64,000 nucleotides of DNA, taken from contig PHEQ01000009.1 of assembly GCA_002842985.1 (NCBI GenBank), forward strand, positions 43,635 through 107,634. Direction: 5' to 3'. Both the position numbers and the translations under genes were made by a program. The notes under the pieces are model-generated. The model searched no databases. It was given only the letters and a program-made list of their open reading frames with translations, and was not told the origin of the DNA. How positions within the stretch are numbered: the stretch's first letter is position 1; every line of letters begins with the position of its first letter. The stretch is from Alphaproteobacteria bacterium HGW-Alphaproteobacteria-1. GTDB taxonomy: Bacteria > Pseudomonadota > Alphaproteobacteria > Rhodobacterales > Rhodobacteraceae. Shown piece after piece: positions 19,644 to 29,946 of this stretch.

Positions 19644-20525
19644 TCAGGCCGATTTCCCCTCCCGGTCGTTCGCGTGCCCCGACAGGGGCGCGTCCTGAGC
19701 CCCATGCGGGGCGATTGCGGCAGTTTCAGAGGTCAATTCGGCCATCACCTCGGCCAGCACGAAGGCGGCGATGACGCCGGGCCGCTTGTCGCGGCTACCG
19801 CTTGCCCCGATGGGGCATGTGAGAGTGTCGATGGCCTGCCCGTCGCAGTGCCGACGCGCCCAGGCGCGGAACTTGGCGCGCTTGCTGGCAGAGCCGATCA
19901 TGCCGACATAGGCGGCATCGCCCCGACCAAGGGCGGCGGCGGTCAGCAGGAAATCCAGCCCGTGATCATGGGTCAGCACGATGAAGGCACTGCCCGGCGG
20001 CGCGTTGGCGATCTCGAACTCGGGCAGAACGCTGAGCCGTGTTTCCACCGCCGCCTTGCAAAGCGCGATCTCCTCGGGGCGGGTGTCGATGAGGATGCAG
20101 CGCACCGGCAGATGCTGCCACAGATCGGCCAGCGCGCGCCCGACATGGCCCGCCCCCATGACATAGACATGCGGCAGCGCAGCGTCGTGCTCTGCGGCGC
20201 GCCCCAAGGCGGCGCGACGGTCCGAGGTGCGCATCCGGGTGAGGGCAAGCTCCACCCGCCCGCCACAGCATTGCCCGATCTCGGGGCCAAGCGGCACGTC
20301 AAGCGCGCGTGTGAGAACGCCCTCGCGCAGCATGGCGCGGGCCGCATCAATGGCGAGATATTCAAGTTGCCCGCCGCCGATCGTGCCAGAGAGTGCTCCG
20401 GGTGCCACGAACATCTCGGTGCCCGCCTCGCGCGGCGAGGAACCGCGCACGCGGCGCAACACCACCCGGATCACCGATGGCTCGGCGGCGAAAAACGCGC
20501 GCAGCGAGGGGGCGGAAAGTGCCAT
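19644..20525 (-). CDS. xdhC: xanthine dehydrogenase accessory protein XdhC
   Basis: XdhC/CoxI N-domain plus a Rossmann-like segment HVYVMGAGHVGRALA. It lies directly after xdhB. Confidence 0.8.
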   Translation of the reverse strand: MALSAPSLRAFFAAEPSVIRVVLRRVRGSSPREAGTEMFVAPGALSGTIGGGQLEYLAIDAARAMLREGVLTRALDVPLGPEIGQCCGGRVELALTRMRTSDRRAALGRAAEHDAALPHVYVMGAGHVGRALADLWQHLPVRCILIDTRPEEIALCKAAVETRLSVLPEFEIANAPPGSAFIVLTHDHGLDFLLTAAALGRGDAAYVGMIGSASKRAKFRAWARRHCDGQAIDTLTCPIGASGSRDKRPGVIAAFVLAEVMAELTSETAAIAPHGAQDAPLSGHANDREGKSA

Positions 20526-20528
20526 GAC

Positions 20529-22847
20529 CTAGCGCCCCCCTTGCAGGCGGGTGACCGCCATCAGGATGCGTTCCGGTGTGGCGGGCGCATCGAGGCGCGG
20601 GCATTCGCGGTAATCCACCACCGAGGCCACCGCCATGGACAGAGCCTCGAAAACGGAAATCCCCAGCATGAAGGGCGGCTCTCCCACGGCCTTGGAGCGT
20701 TTGATGGTCAATTCCCGGTTCTCGGACCAGTCGGCCAGCGCCACGTTGAAAATGCGCGGACGATCCGAGGCGAGCGGGATCTTGTAGGTCGAGGGCGCGT
20801 GCGTGCGCAAACGCCCGCCCTTGTCCCACCACAATTCCTCGGTGGTGAGCCACCCCATGCCCTGAATGAACGCGCCTTCGACCTGCCCGCGGTCGAGCGC
20901 GGGGTTGAGCGAGCGGCCCACGTCATGCAGGATGTCGGTGCGCTCAACCCGGTATTCGCCAGTCAGGGTGTCAATCGTCACCTCGGAACAGGCCGCGCCA
21001 TAGGCGAAGTAATAGAACGGGCGGCCCTGCCCCCTGGCCCGGTCCCAGTGGATTTTCGGCGTCTTGTAAAACCCCGCCGCCGACAGTTGCACCCGCGCCA
21101 TATAGGCCGCGCGAATGAAGGCATCAAAGCTCAGCACATCAGCGCCGACACGCACCTCATTGGGCCGGAACAGAACCGCCTCGGGGGCCACGCCCCATTT
21201 GTCAGCGGCAAAAGTGACAAGCCGCGCCTTGATCTGGTGCACCGCATCGAGTGCTGCCATGCCGTTGAGGTCAGACCCCGATGAGGCCGCCGTGGCGGAT
21301 GTGTTGGGCACCTTCTCGGTGGTGGTTCTGGTGATCTTGATCCGCTCGAAATCAACCTGAAACGCCTCGGCCACCACCTGTGCGACCTTGGTGTTCAGGC
21401 CCTGCCCCATCTCGGTGCCACCATGGTTGAGATGGATCGAGCCGTCATTGTAGACATGGATCAGCGCGCCCGCCTGATTGTAATGCGTGGCGGTGAAGGA
21501 GATGCCGAACTTGACCGGTGTCAGCGCGATCCCACGGCGCAGAACCGGCGAGGCGCGGTTGAAGTCGATGATCTCTGCGCGCCGCTGGCGATAGTCGGCG
21601 CTTGCCTCCAACTCGTCCACAAGCCGACCCAGGATATTGTCCTCGACCTTCTGGTGATAGGGCGTCACGTCGCGCCCCGGTCCGCCATAGAAATTCGCCT
21701 TGCGAATATCCAGCGGATCGCGGCCAAGTGCATAGGCAATCTCCTCGATCATCCGTTCGGCGGCGATCACGCCTTGCGGGCCGCCAAAGCCACGAAAGGC
21801 CGTGTTAGAGACTGTGTTGGTCTTCATCGGATGGCTTTGCAGCCGCACATTGGGGTAGAAATAGGCGTTGTCGGCGTGAAACAGCGCCCGGTCCGTGACC
21901 GGCCCTGACAGATCCGCCGAGAACCCGCAGCGCGCGGCGAAATCACCTGAAACCGCCAGAATCCGCCCCGCCTCGTCAAAGGCCACGTCATAGTCGATCA
22001 CGAAATCATGCCGCTTGCCGGTCGCGGTCATGTCCTGATCGCGGTCAGGACGGATCTTGACGGCGCGGCCCCATTTCTTCGCGGCCAGTGCCGCGACCAC
22101 GCAAAACAGGTTCATCTGGCTTTCCTTGCCGCCGAACCCGCCACCCATACGGCGCACGTTCACCACCACCGCATTCGAGGGCACGCCAAGCACATGGGCC
22201 ACCATGTGCTGCGCCTCGGAGGGGTGCTGCGTGGAGCAATGCACGCTCACCTCGTCATCCTCGCCGGGAATGGCAAAGGCGATTTGCCCTTCAAGATACA
22301 TGTGATCCTGCCCGCCGACATGCATCCGTCCCTTGATGCGGTGCGGCGCGTCTTCCTGCGCGGGCGCGACCGCGCCCCGCTCCAGCGTCAGCGGCGCGGT
22401 GACATAGGGATAGCCAGCCTCTTGCGCGGCAACCGGATCAAGCGCGTGGGGCAGCGGCTCATAGCTGACCTCAGCCAATTCCGCGGCGCGACGCGCCTGA
22501 TCGCGGGTCTCGGCGATAACGGCAAAGAGCGGCTGGCCGTGAAACTGAATGGTCTCGGTCGGAAATACCGGCTCGTCATGAAGGCCCGTCGGGCTGATAT
22601 CGTTGGTCCCCGGAATATCCGCCGCGGTCAGCACACCCACGACACCGGGCGCGGCCAGCACCGCCGACAGATCAAGGCCCAGAAGCCGCGCATGGGCCAC
22701 GTCCGACACGCCCAGATAGGCATGCAGCGCGCCCTCGGGCAGGGCGATATCGTCGGTGTAATCCGCCCCGCCCGTGACATGCTTGGCGGCACTGTCATGG
22801 ATGCGGTCGGTATGGGCCGAGCCGGTGATGGAAACGGCGTCTTTCAT
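20529..22847 (-). CDS. xdhB: xanthine dehydrogenase, molybdopterin-binding subunit
   Basis: 772 aa with the GGGFGGKE motif and an aldehyde oxidase/xanthine dehydrogenase a/b hammerhead and Moco domains. Confidence 0.9.
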   Translation of the reverse strand: MKDAVSITGSAHTDRIHDSAAKHVTGGADYTDDIALPEGALHAYLGVSDVAHARLLGLDLSAVLAAPGVVGVLTAADIPGTNDISPTGLHDEPVFPTETIQFHGQPLFAVIAETRDQARRAAELAEVSYEPLPHALDPVAAQEAGYPYVTAPLTLERGAVAPAQEDAPHRIKGRMHVGGQDHMYLEGQIAFAIPGEDDEVSVHCSTQHPSEAQHMVAHVLGVPSNAVVVNVRRMGGGFGGKESQMNLFCVVAALAAKKWGRAVKIRPDRDQDMTATGKRHDFVIDYDVAFDEAGRILAVSGDFAARCGFSADLSGPVTDRALFHADNAYFYPNVRLQSHPMKTNTVSNTAFRGFGGPQGVIAAERMIEEIAYALGRDPLDIRKANFYGGPGRDVTPYHQKVEDNILGRLVDELEASADYRQRRAEIIDFNRASPVLRRGIALTPVKFGISFTATHYNQAGALIHVYNDGSIHLNHGGTEMGQGLNTKVAQVVAEAFQVDFERIKITRTTTEKVPNTSATAASSGSDLNGMAALDAVHQIKARLVTFAADKWGVAPEAVLFRPNEVRVGADVLSFDAFIRAAYMARVQLSAAGFYKTPKIHWDRARGQGRPFYYFAYGAACSEVTIDTLTGEYRVERTDILHDVGRSLNPALDRGQVEGAFIQGMGWLTTEELWWDKGGRLRTHAPSTYKIPLASDRPRIFNVALADWSENRELTIKRSKAVGEPPFMLGISVFEALSMAVASVVDYRECPRLDAPATPERILMAVTRLQGGR

Positions 22848-22868
22848 GGTCTCGTCTCCTTGTCTCGC

Positions 22869-24332
22869 TCAGAAGGCTTCAAGGCGCACGAGGGCCGCCG
22901 TGGCGGCATCGTGTTCCAGATAGAACCGGCGCAGCAGGTTCTGCGCCGCCTGCATCCGGTAGGCGCTCGAGGCGCGCCAGTCACTCAGTGGCGTGAAATC
23001 CTCGGTCAGGGCGCGGGCGGCGGCCTCGAAACTCTCGCGCGTCCAGAGCTGTCCATTCAGGGCCGCCTCCGCCGCCGTCGCGCGTTTGGGGGTCGCGGCC
23101 ATGCCACCAAAGGCGATGCGGGCGTTGCGGATCGTGCCGCCGGTCACGGTCATGTGGATGCCGACGGCGAGCGACGAAATATCCTCGTCCCGGCGCTTGG
23201 AAATCTTGTAGGCGGCGTTGCGATCCTCTGGCCCCGGCAGGGGTACGCGGATGCTCTCGACGAACTCGCCCGGCGCGCGGTCCTGCTTGCCATAGTCGAT
23301 GAAAAACGCCTCAAGGGGCAGGCTGCGGCGCGCGTCGCCCCGGCGCAGGGTGATATCGGCCCCAAGCGCGATGAGGACGGGCGGCGTATCCCCGATGGGC
23401 GAGCCGTTGGCGATATTGCCGCCCACCGTGCCCATGCTGCGCACCTGCCAGCCGCCGATGCGGTCCCAATAGGCGGCAAGGTGGGGCAGGTGCCGCGACA
23501 GCATCTCCTGACACTCGCTATAGCTTGCCCCAGCGCCGATCCGCAGGCTGTTGCCGTCCTGCACGACGGTCTTCATCTCATCGAGATGGCCGGTAAAGAT
23601 CGCCGGGCCGATGGGGCGCAGGAACTTCGTCACCCAAAGCCCCACATCGGTCGCCCCGGCGACGATGGTCGCGCCCCGATGCTCCAGAAGACATTCGGCA
23701 AGGTCATCGACATCGGCGGGCAGGATGGCGCGATTGCCTTCCGGCCCGGTCACCACGCGCCGGTGATCCCCGAGCGCGGCCAGCCGCGCGGTGATCGCCG
23801 CGCGCTCGACCATGAGATGATCAGAGGCAGGCGTGCCGTAGCGGCTGATGGCCTGGGCGGCGCGGATGATCGGCGCATAGCCGGTGCAGCGGCAGAGATT
23901 GCCCTGAAGCGCGGTTTCCACCTGCGCCTCGGTCGGCTCGGCCACCTGCATCCAGAGCGCATAGAGAGACATGACGAAACCGGGGGTGCAAAAGCCGCAC
24001 TGGCTGCCGTGATGATCGACCATGGCCTGTTGCACCGGGTGCAACCGGCCGTCACGCCCCGCAAGATGCTCGACCGTGACCACATGGCAGCCATCGACCG
24101 AGGCCAGAAACCGGATGCAGGCATTGACCGGGCCATAGCCGAGGCCCTCGGGCCCAAGCCGCCCGACCAGCACGGTGCAGGCCCCGCAATCGCCTTCGGC
24201 GCACCCCTCCTTGGTGCCGGTCAGGCGCTGATCGAGGCGCAGGAAATCGAGCAGGGTCTGGTCCGCTCCAACCTCGGGCAGCGCGATGTCGCGCCCGTTG
24301 AGAATGAAACGGATATCGGTGCGATGCGTCAT
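22869..24332 (-). CDS. xdhA: xanthine dehydrogenase, Fe-S/FAD-binding subunit
   Basis: 2Fe-2S motifs CAEGDCGACTV and CRCTGY followed by an FAD-binding domain. The ATG at 24332 (MTHRTDIRFILNG) was chosen over the upstream extension. Confidence 0.9.
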   Translation of the reverse strand: MTHRTDIRFILNGRDIALPEVGADQTLLDFLRLDQRLTGTKEGCAEGDCGACTVLVGRLGPEGLGYGPVNACIRFLASVDGCHVVTVEHLAGRDGRLHPVQQAMVDHHGSQCGFCTPGFVMSLYALWMQVAEPTEAQVETALQGNLCRCTGYAPIIRAAQAISRYGTPASDHLMVERAAITARLAALGDHRRVVTGPEGNRAILPADVDDLAECLLEHRGATIVAGATDVGLWVTKFLRPIGPAIFTGHLDEMKTVVQDGNSLRIGAGASYSECQEMLSRHLPHLAAYWDRIGGWQVRSMGTVGGNIANGSPIGDTPPVLIALGADITLRRGDARRSLPLEAFFIDYGKQDRAPGEFVESIRVPLPGPEDRNAAYKISKRRDEDISSLAVGIHMTVTGGTIRNARIAFGGMAATPKRATAAEAALNGQLWTRESFEAAARALTEDFTPLSDWRASSAYRMQAAQNLLRRFYLEHDAATAALVRLEAF

Positions 24333-24425
24333 GGTCCCCTCCCCTCCGACGGGCGGTGCCGCCGATGAACAGGAAAACCTTACAGGCGATAATTGAGTCT
24401 GGAAATCATCAGAAGCGGCAAACAC

Positions 24426-24444
24426 TTTCAACATATCGTTGAAA
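24426..24444. promoter_or_regulatory. candidate LysR operator in the xdhA/LysR divergent region
   Basis: Perfect inverted repeat TTTCAAC-ATATC-GTTGAAA in a locally AT-rich intergenic region. Confidence 0.3.
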
Positions 24445-24488
24445 ATTGCGACGCAAAAGGGCAGGCTGATTTTCGGGAGGGGGGTGCG

Positions 24489-25388
24489 ATGTCCTATATC
24501 GAAAGCCTGCGGGTTTTTGTCCGGGTGATGGAGCTTGGCAGCATCACCTCGGGCGGGCGCGATCTGCGGTTGACCCCGGCGGTGGCCAGCAAGCGACTGA
24601 AGGAGCTGGAAAAGCGCCTTGGCGTGCGGCTGTTCAACCGAACCACGCGATCCATGACGCCGACCGAGGTGGGCACCGTGTTCTATGAGGAGGCACGCGC
24701 CGTGCTGCTTGCGCTCGACCATGCCGAGGCGCGCGTGGCCAGCTTTTCAGAGGTGCCGCGTGGCGCGATCCGCATCACCGCGCCTTTGGGCGTGGGCCGC
24801 CGGATCGTGGCGCCGCTGGTGCCGGATTTCACCGACCGCTATCCCGAAACCGAAGTGCGGATGCGTCTCTCGGATCGCCGGATCGACATTCTGGCCGATG
24901 GTCAGGATGTGGCGTTCTTTGTCGGCGACCCGGGCGATTCGACCCTGAAACTGCGCAAGTTCGCCGATTGCGAGCGGGTGCTCTGTGCCGCGCCCGACTA
25001 TCTGGCGCGCGCGGGCGTGCCGCGCACGCCCGATGACCTGTTGCAGGGCCATAACTGCCTGTTGCTGCGCTATCCGCGCTCACCGGAATATTTCTGGACG
25101 CTGCGCACGGCGATCGGGCCGCGCAGGCTTGACGTGGCGGGCCGGTTTGACGCCGATGATGGCGACGTTCTGACCGATTGGGCGCTCATGGGGCGCGGGA
25201 TCGTCAACAAGCCGCGCTTTGACGTGCGCGACCATCTGGCAAGCGGGCGGCTGGTCGAAATCCTCTCCGACACGCCGCCGATGCCGACGATCTTCGGCTG
25301 TCTTTATCCGCACAAGAAGTTGCAGGATCCCAAGATACGCCTTTTCGTCGAGCATATCGCACGGCACTGCAAACGGTTCTTTGCTTGA
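24489..25388 (+). CDS. LysR-family transcriptional regulator
   Basis: HTH sequence LRVFVRVMELGSITSGGRDLRLTPAVASKRLKELEKRLGVRLFNR. It is divergent from xdhA. Confidence 0.85.
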   Translation: MSYIESLRVFVRVMELGSITSGGRDLRLTPAVASKRLKELEKRLGVRLFNRTTRSMTPTEVGTVFYEEARAVLLALDHAEARVASFSEVPRGAIRITAPLGVGRRIVAPLVPDFTDRYPETEVRMRLSDRRIDILADGQDVAFFVGDPGDSTLKLRKFADCERVLCAAPDYLARAGVPRTPDDLLQGHNCLLLRYPRSPEYFWTLRTAIGPRRLDVAGRFDADDGDVLTDWALMGRGIVNKPRFDVRDHLASGRLVEILSDTPPMPTIFGCLYPHKKLQDPKIRLFVEHIARHCKRFFA

Positions 25389-25569
25389 TCTTCGCGCCTG
25401 ACATAGCCGGATGCTGGTTAGCGGGCTTTCGTGGTTTGAAAGGGACGGTGATGTCTAACCCCCGCGCGGCTCATCTCTTGCGGGCAACGTGCCCTTCAGG
25501 CCTGCAATACCACATTCCACCCCATAACAAGCCCGATCATCACCGGCCAACATTTGTCAGATCTCGCCC

Positions 25570-26409
25570 CTAGCGGCGCGCTGATCCCGGTGGGCAAAGG
25601 GCCATGTGCCGGTTCACATCCTTGTAAAGCAGATAGCGGAAACGCCCCGGCCCCCCGGCATAACACGCCTGCGGGCAGAAGGCGCGCAGCCACATGTAAT
25701 CGCCTGCCTCAACCTCAACCCAATCACGGTTAAGCCGGTAAACCGCCTTGCCTTCCAGCACGTAAAGCCCGTGTTCCATCACGTGGGTTTCCATGAAGGG
25801 GATCACCGCGCCCGGCGCAAGCGTGACGATGGTCACATGCATGTCATGGCGCAGGTCGGCAGGATCGACAAAGCGGGTGGTGGCCCATTTGCCATCGGTG
25901 CCCGGCATCGCCGTAGGGGCGATATCGGCCTCGTTCAGGATCAGCGGGTCAGGCGTGGGCAGCCCTTTGAGCGGCGCGTAAGCCTTGCGGATCCAGTGAA
26001 AGCGCAATGGCGCGGTGCCGTGATTGTGCAGGGTCCAGCCGCTTTCGAGGGGCAGATAGGCATAGCCGCCGGGGGTCAGCACATGCCCCGTGCCTGCGAT
26101 GGTCAGCGTTGCTTCGCCCTCGACCACGAAAAGCACGGCTTGGGCGCAAGCCTCGGTTTCGGGGCGATCCGAGCCACCGCCGGGCTGCACCTCCATGATG
26201 TAATGCGAGAAGGTCTCGGCAAAGCCGCTCATCGGGCGGGCGATCACCCAGAGCCGAGTTCCCTCCCAGAACGGCAGAAAGCTGGTCACGATATCGCGCA
26301 TGGTGCCCTTGGGGATCACCGCATAGGCCTCGGTGAACACGGCGCGATCGGTCAAAAGCTGATCCTGTCCGGGGTGGCCGCCCGTGGGGGCGTAATAACT
26401 GTTGGTCAT
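25570..26409 (-). CDS. allE: (S)-ureidoglycine aminohydrolase (bicupin, AllE/YlbA-like)
   Basis: Bicupin with ETHVMEHGLYVLEGKAVYRLN...W..V..GDY matching the E. coli YlbA pattern. The ATG at 26409 was chosen. Confidence 0.75.
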   Translation of the reverse strand: MTNSYYAPTGGHPGQDQLLTDRAVFTEAYAVIPKGTMRDIVTSFLPFWEGTRLWVIARPMSGFAETFSHYIMEVQPGGGSDRPETEACAQAVLFVVEGEATLTIAGTGHVLTPGGYAYLPLESGWTLHNHGTAPLRFHWIRKAYAPLKGLPTPDPLILNEADIAPTAMPGTDGKWATTRFVDPADLRHDMHVTIVTLAPGAVIPFMETHVMEHGLYVLEGKAVYRLNRDWVEVEAGDYMWLRAFCPQACYAGGPGRFRYLLYKDVNRHMALCPPGSARR

Positions 26410-26438
26410 GGTTTTATCCGATGTTGTGAGTTTCGGCG

Positions 26439-27845
26439 TCATGGTTTGGCGGCGCCATGCCCAGCCATGCCGCCTGATACCTCTTCTGTCGCCTCATCCG
26501 TAAGATGTTGCGGCAAGATAAGGTTCAGCAGAATGGCGATGACAGCGGCGGGCAGGATACCAGAGGTGGCCAGAACGTTGAGCGTCGCGGGCAGGTGTTG
26601 CAACGCCCCCGGTTCCAGTTGCAGACCAAGGCCAAGCGACAGGGCAATCGCGAAAATCACCATGTTGCGGCGGTTCCATGTCACATCCGACAGCATCGAC
26701 ACGCCCGCCGCCACCACCATGCCGAACATCACGATCACACCACCGCCCAGAACCTCGATCGGGACAGATGAAATCACCGCGCCGATCTTCGGCACAAGCC
26801 CGCAGAGGATCAGGAAAAGGGCGCCGATGGTGACCACGCCGCGGCTCATCACGCCGGTCATGGCGATCAGGCCCACGTTCTGGCTGAACGACGTGTTGGG
26901 CAGCGCCCCGAATAACCCCGAAACGGCGGTGCCCAGACCGTCGGCATAGGTTGCGCCCTCGATCTCGCGGTCGGTCGCCTCGCGCCCGGCGCCGCCCTTG
27001 GTGATGCCTGACACATCGCCCACGGTTTCAACCGCCGAAACGAAAGACATGGCGCAAAAGCCGATGATCGCCGCGACCGAAAATTCCAGCCCGAAATGTA
27101 ACGGGTTGGGCAGGGCGAACGGGGCCGCACGCCCGATATTGTCCAGGTTCACCTCACCCATCATGAAAGCCACGCCATATCCCACCAAAAGGCCGATCAG
27201 CACCGCCGAGACCGACAGCATGCCACGGGCAAAGAATTTCAGCCCAAGCGTTACCATGATCACCGTCAGGGCCATGAACCAGTTGCGACCCGAACCATAC
27301 GCCTCTGTCCCTATGGCGGGCACACCGCCGGCGGCGTATTGCACCCCGACCTTGACCAGCGCCAGACCGATCATTGTCACCACAAGCCCGGTCACCAGTG
27401 GCGGCAGCGCAAAGCGCAGCCTGCCGATGAACAGCCCCAAAAAGGCGTGAAACAGACCGCCCACGACGATCCCCCCCATCAGCACGGCAATTGCATCTAC
27501 CCCCTTGCCCGCGACCAGCGGGATCATGATCGGAATAAAGGCAAAGCTGGTGCCCTGCACGATCGGCAGGCGTGCGCCAACCCGCCCCATGCCGATGGAT
27601 TGAAACAGTGTGGCGATACCGGCAAAGAACATCGACATCTGGATCATATAGATCATCTGCGGAAAATCCGGGCTGTTCGAGCCAAAGCCAAACCCCGCCG
27701 CGCCACAGACGATGATCGCGGGCGTGACGTTCGACACGAACATCGCCAAAACGTGCTGAATCCCAAGCGGCACCGCCTGAATCAGCGGTGGTGTGTAATT
27801 CGGATCGCGCAGCTGCGCCGGTGTTCCGATAGATGATGTTGGCAT
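26439..27845 (-). CDS. NCS2-family nucleobase:cation symporter (xanthine/uric acid permease-like)
   Basis: GIQHVLAMF and PIVQGTSFAF motifs typical of NCS2/NAT transporters; 468 aa. Confidence 0.85.
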   Translation of the reverse strand: MPTSSIGTPAQLRDPNYTPPLIQAVPLGIQHVLAMFVSNVTPAIIVCGAAGFGFGSNSPDFPQMIYMIQMSMFFAGIATLFQSIGMGRVGARLPIVQGTSFAFIPIMIPLVAGKGVDAIAVLMGGIVVGGLFHAFLGLFIGRLRFALPPLVTGLVVTMIGLALVKVGVQYAAGGVPAIGTEAYGSGRNWFMALTVIMVTLGLKFFARGMLSVSAVLIGLLVGYGVAFMMGEVNLDNIGRAAPFALPNPLHFGLEFSVAAIIGFCAMSFVSAVETVGDVSGITKGGAGREATDREIEGATYADGLGTAVSGLFGALPNTSFSQNVGLIAMTGVMSRGVVTIGALFLILCGLVPKIGAVISSVPIEVLGGGVIVMFGMVVAAGVSMLSDVTWNRRNMVIFAIALSLGLGLQLEPGALQHLPATLNVLATSGILPAAVIAILLNLILPQHLTDEATEEVSGGMAGHGAAKP

Positions 27846-27904
27846 TGGCGGCTCCTCCCTTATGGCGCGCGGGCTCCTCTTCCCGTGCGCGGCGGATTAT
27901 TGGT

Positions 27905-28390
27905 TTAATCCTCGATGCGAATGTCCTGGTCGAAATAGTGTTCCTCAAGGTTCGCGCCTGCGCCGATACGGTCGATCACGGCGAACAGTCCGGGTTCCGA
28001 CAGCGGGCAAAGCACCCCGTGCCAAACGCCGCGATGATAGTTCACGCCCTGCCCCGGCGCGGTGATGAACGCTTGCGGCTGGCCCGGCATGCCGCCGGTA
28101 TCGGGGGCGACGATCACCAGAAACGGCGCAAGGGTCATGGGCAGAAAGGCCTGACTGCCCTCGGGGTGACGCTCCACCATATCGAGCCGCAGGGGCAAGC
28201 GGCGCGGCTCTGCCAGAAACAGGCTGATCCCGGCGCGCCCATCCGTAAAATCAAGCGTTGCGCGGTCGTGATAGCGCCCGCACAGACCGGCGTTGATCAG
28301 GCGATCAGGCGCGCCGCTGGTATCAAGCACATCGCCGAAAGGCGCGAAGGCCTCTGCCGTCAGGGGCCGGATTTTCACGATCACGGTCAT
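27905..28390 (-). CDS. allA: ureidoglycolate lyase
   Basis: 161 aa with L..E.FAPFG.V and AllA cupin-like motifs. ATGA overlap with the upstream gene. Confidence 0.85.
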   Translation of the reverse strand: MTVIVKIRPLTAEAFAPFGDVLDTSGAPDRLINAGLCGRYHDRATLDFTDGRAGISLFLAEPRRLPLRLDMVERHPEGSQAFLPMTLAPFLVIVAPDTGGMPGQPQAFITAPGQGVNYHRGVWHGVLCPLSEPGLFAVIDRIGAGANLEEHYFDQDIRIED

Positions 28391-29829
28391 CGCGCGAAGA
28401 TCTCTTGCAAGCGCAGTTCCGCAATCCGCTCGACCTGTCGGCAGGCCTCGGCGAATTCGGTGGCGCGGTCATTGTCAAGCCGGCGCTGAAAGGCGGCAAG
28501 GATCGCGGGCTTGCCATGATCGCGCACGGCGATGATGAAGGGAAAGCCGAATTTCGCGGTATAGGCGTCATTCAGCGCGGTGAATGTCGCCCGCTCATCA
28601 TCGGTCAGCATGTCGAGCCCCGCGCCCGCCTGTTCCATCGTGCTTTCCTTCGTCAGTCGCCCTGCCGCCGCCAGCTTGCCCGCCAGATCGGGATGCGCGG
28701 TCAGCACGCCAAGGCGGCGGTCCTCGGGGGCGGTGCGAAACACGCGGGCCAGCGCCAGATGCACCCCCGCCGCCGTGTCATGGGTCGGCCCAAGCTCACC
28801 GTCATGGGCCGCCTCGGCGATCCACGGGCTATGCTCGAACACGCCGCCGAAAGCGGTGACAAAGTCCGCGCGCGTCATCTCCGACGGGCGCAGGCGCGGC
28901 ACGGGGGGGTGTTCGCGCGCCCAATGTTCGGCAATCTCCAGCCGCGTGGCGAACCACACGCCGTCATGTGCGCGCATGTGATCGAGCGCGCGCTTGAGCG
29001 CCATGGCCCGGCCCGGACGCCCGGCAAGGCGGCAGTGCAGCCCGATTGACATCATCTTTGGCACGCCCGCCTGTCCCTCGGCATAAAGCATGTCGAATGT
29101 GTCCTTCAGATAGCTTTCGAACTGCGCGCCGTTGGTGAAGCCTGCCTGAATGGCAAAGCGCATGTCGTTGCAATCCATCGTGTAGGGCACGATCAACTGA
29201 TCCTTGCCACCCGCGCGCAACCAATAGGGCAGGTCGTCGGCATAACTATCTGCGATATAGGCGAAATCGCCCTCTTCGGCGGCCAGATCCACGGTATTCA
29301 TCGAACAGCGCCCGGTATACCAACCGCGCGGCGGCGCGCCCACAACCTCGGTATGAAGCCGGATCGCCTCGCGGATCTGCGCGCGCTCTTCCTCGGCGCT
29401 CATGTCCTTGTGTTCGATCCATTTCAGCCCGTGGCTGGCAATCTCCCAGCCCGCCGCCTTCATCGCGGTCAGTTGCTCGGGCGCGCGGGCAAGCGCGGTG
29501 GCGACGCCGTAGACGGTGACCGGCAGTTCCCCCAGCAGCCGGTGAAGCCGCCAGAACCCCGCGCGGCTGCCGTATTCATAGATCGATTCCATATTCCAGT
29601 GGCGCTGTCCGGGCCAGGGCGCGGCGCCGGTGATCTCGGACAAAAACGCCTCCGATGCGGGATCGCCGTGCAGGATGTTGTTCTCGCCGCCCTCTTCATA
29701 GTTGATCACGATCTGAACGGCGATTTTCGCGCCATCGGGCCAGTTGACAACGGGGGGCCGCTCTCCATGGCCGGTCATGTCTCGGGGATAACGTGTCACG
29801 CCTTGATCCTTCTGTTCCACCCCATGCAT
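28387..29829 (-). CDS. puuE-uraD: fusion of PuuE-type allantoinase (polysaccharide-deacetylase fold) and OHCU decarboxylase
   Basis: The N-terminal ~300 aa are PuuE-like (WPDGAKIAVQIVINYEEG, HGLKW). The C-terminal ~170 aa are UraD-like (FGGVFEHSPWIAE, HPDLAGK, FPFIIAVR). Confidence 0.8.
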   Translation of the reverse strand: MHGVEQKDQGVTRYPRDMTGHGERPPVVNWPDGAKIAVQIVINYEEGGENNILHGDPASEAFLSEITGAAPWPGQRHWNMESIYEYGSRAGFWRLHRLLGELPVTVYGVATALARAPEQLTAMKAAGWEIASHGLKWIEHKDMSAEEERAQIREAIRLHTEVVGAPPRGWYTGRCSMNTVDLAAEEGDFAYIADSYADDLPYWLRAGGKDQLIVPYTMDCNDMRFAIQAGFTNGAQFESYLKDTFDMLYAEGQAGVPKMMSIGLHCRLAGRPGRAMALKRALDHMRAHDGVWFATRLEIAEHWAREHPPVPRLRPSEMTRADFVTAFGGVFEHSPWIAEAAHDGELGPTHDTAAGVHLALARVFRTAPEDRRLGVLTAHPDLAGKLAAAGRLTKESTMEQAGAGLDMLTDDERATFTALNDAYTAKFGFPFIIAVRDHGKPAILAAFQRRLDNDRATEFAEACRQVERIAELRLQEIFAR

Positions 29830-29946
29830 AAACCAGATAATCCGCCATGTTTTTCAAAAAGAATGCGAAGCTGTCTTTCGGCAGAGCGGCTTTGCCTCAC
29901 ATGAAGAACCCGGGCTAGAAAGGTGAAAGCTTGAGGAGGCACACCA

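Noticed and set aside
22008-24368. 786-aa ORF on the plus strand
   Set aside because: It is antisense to xdhB and xdhA, whose Fe-S and Moco motifs are unambiguous.
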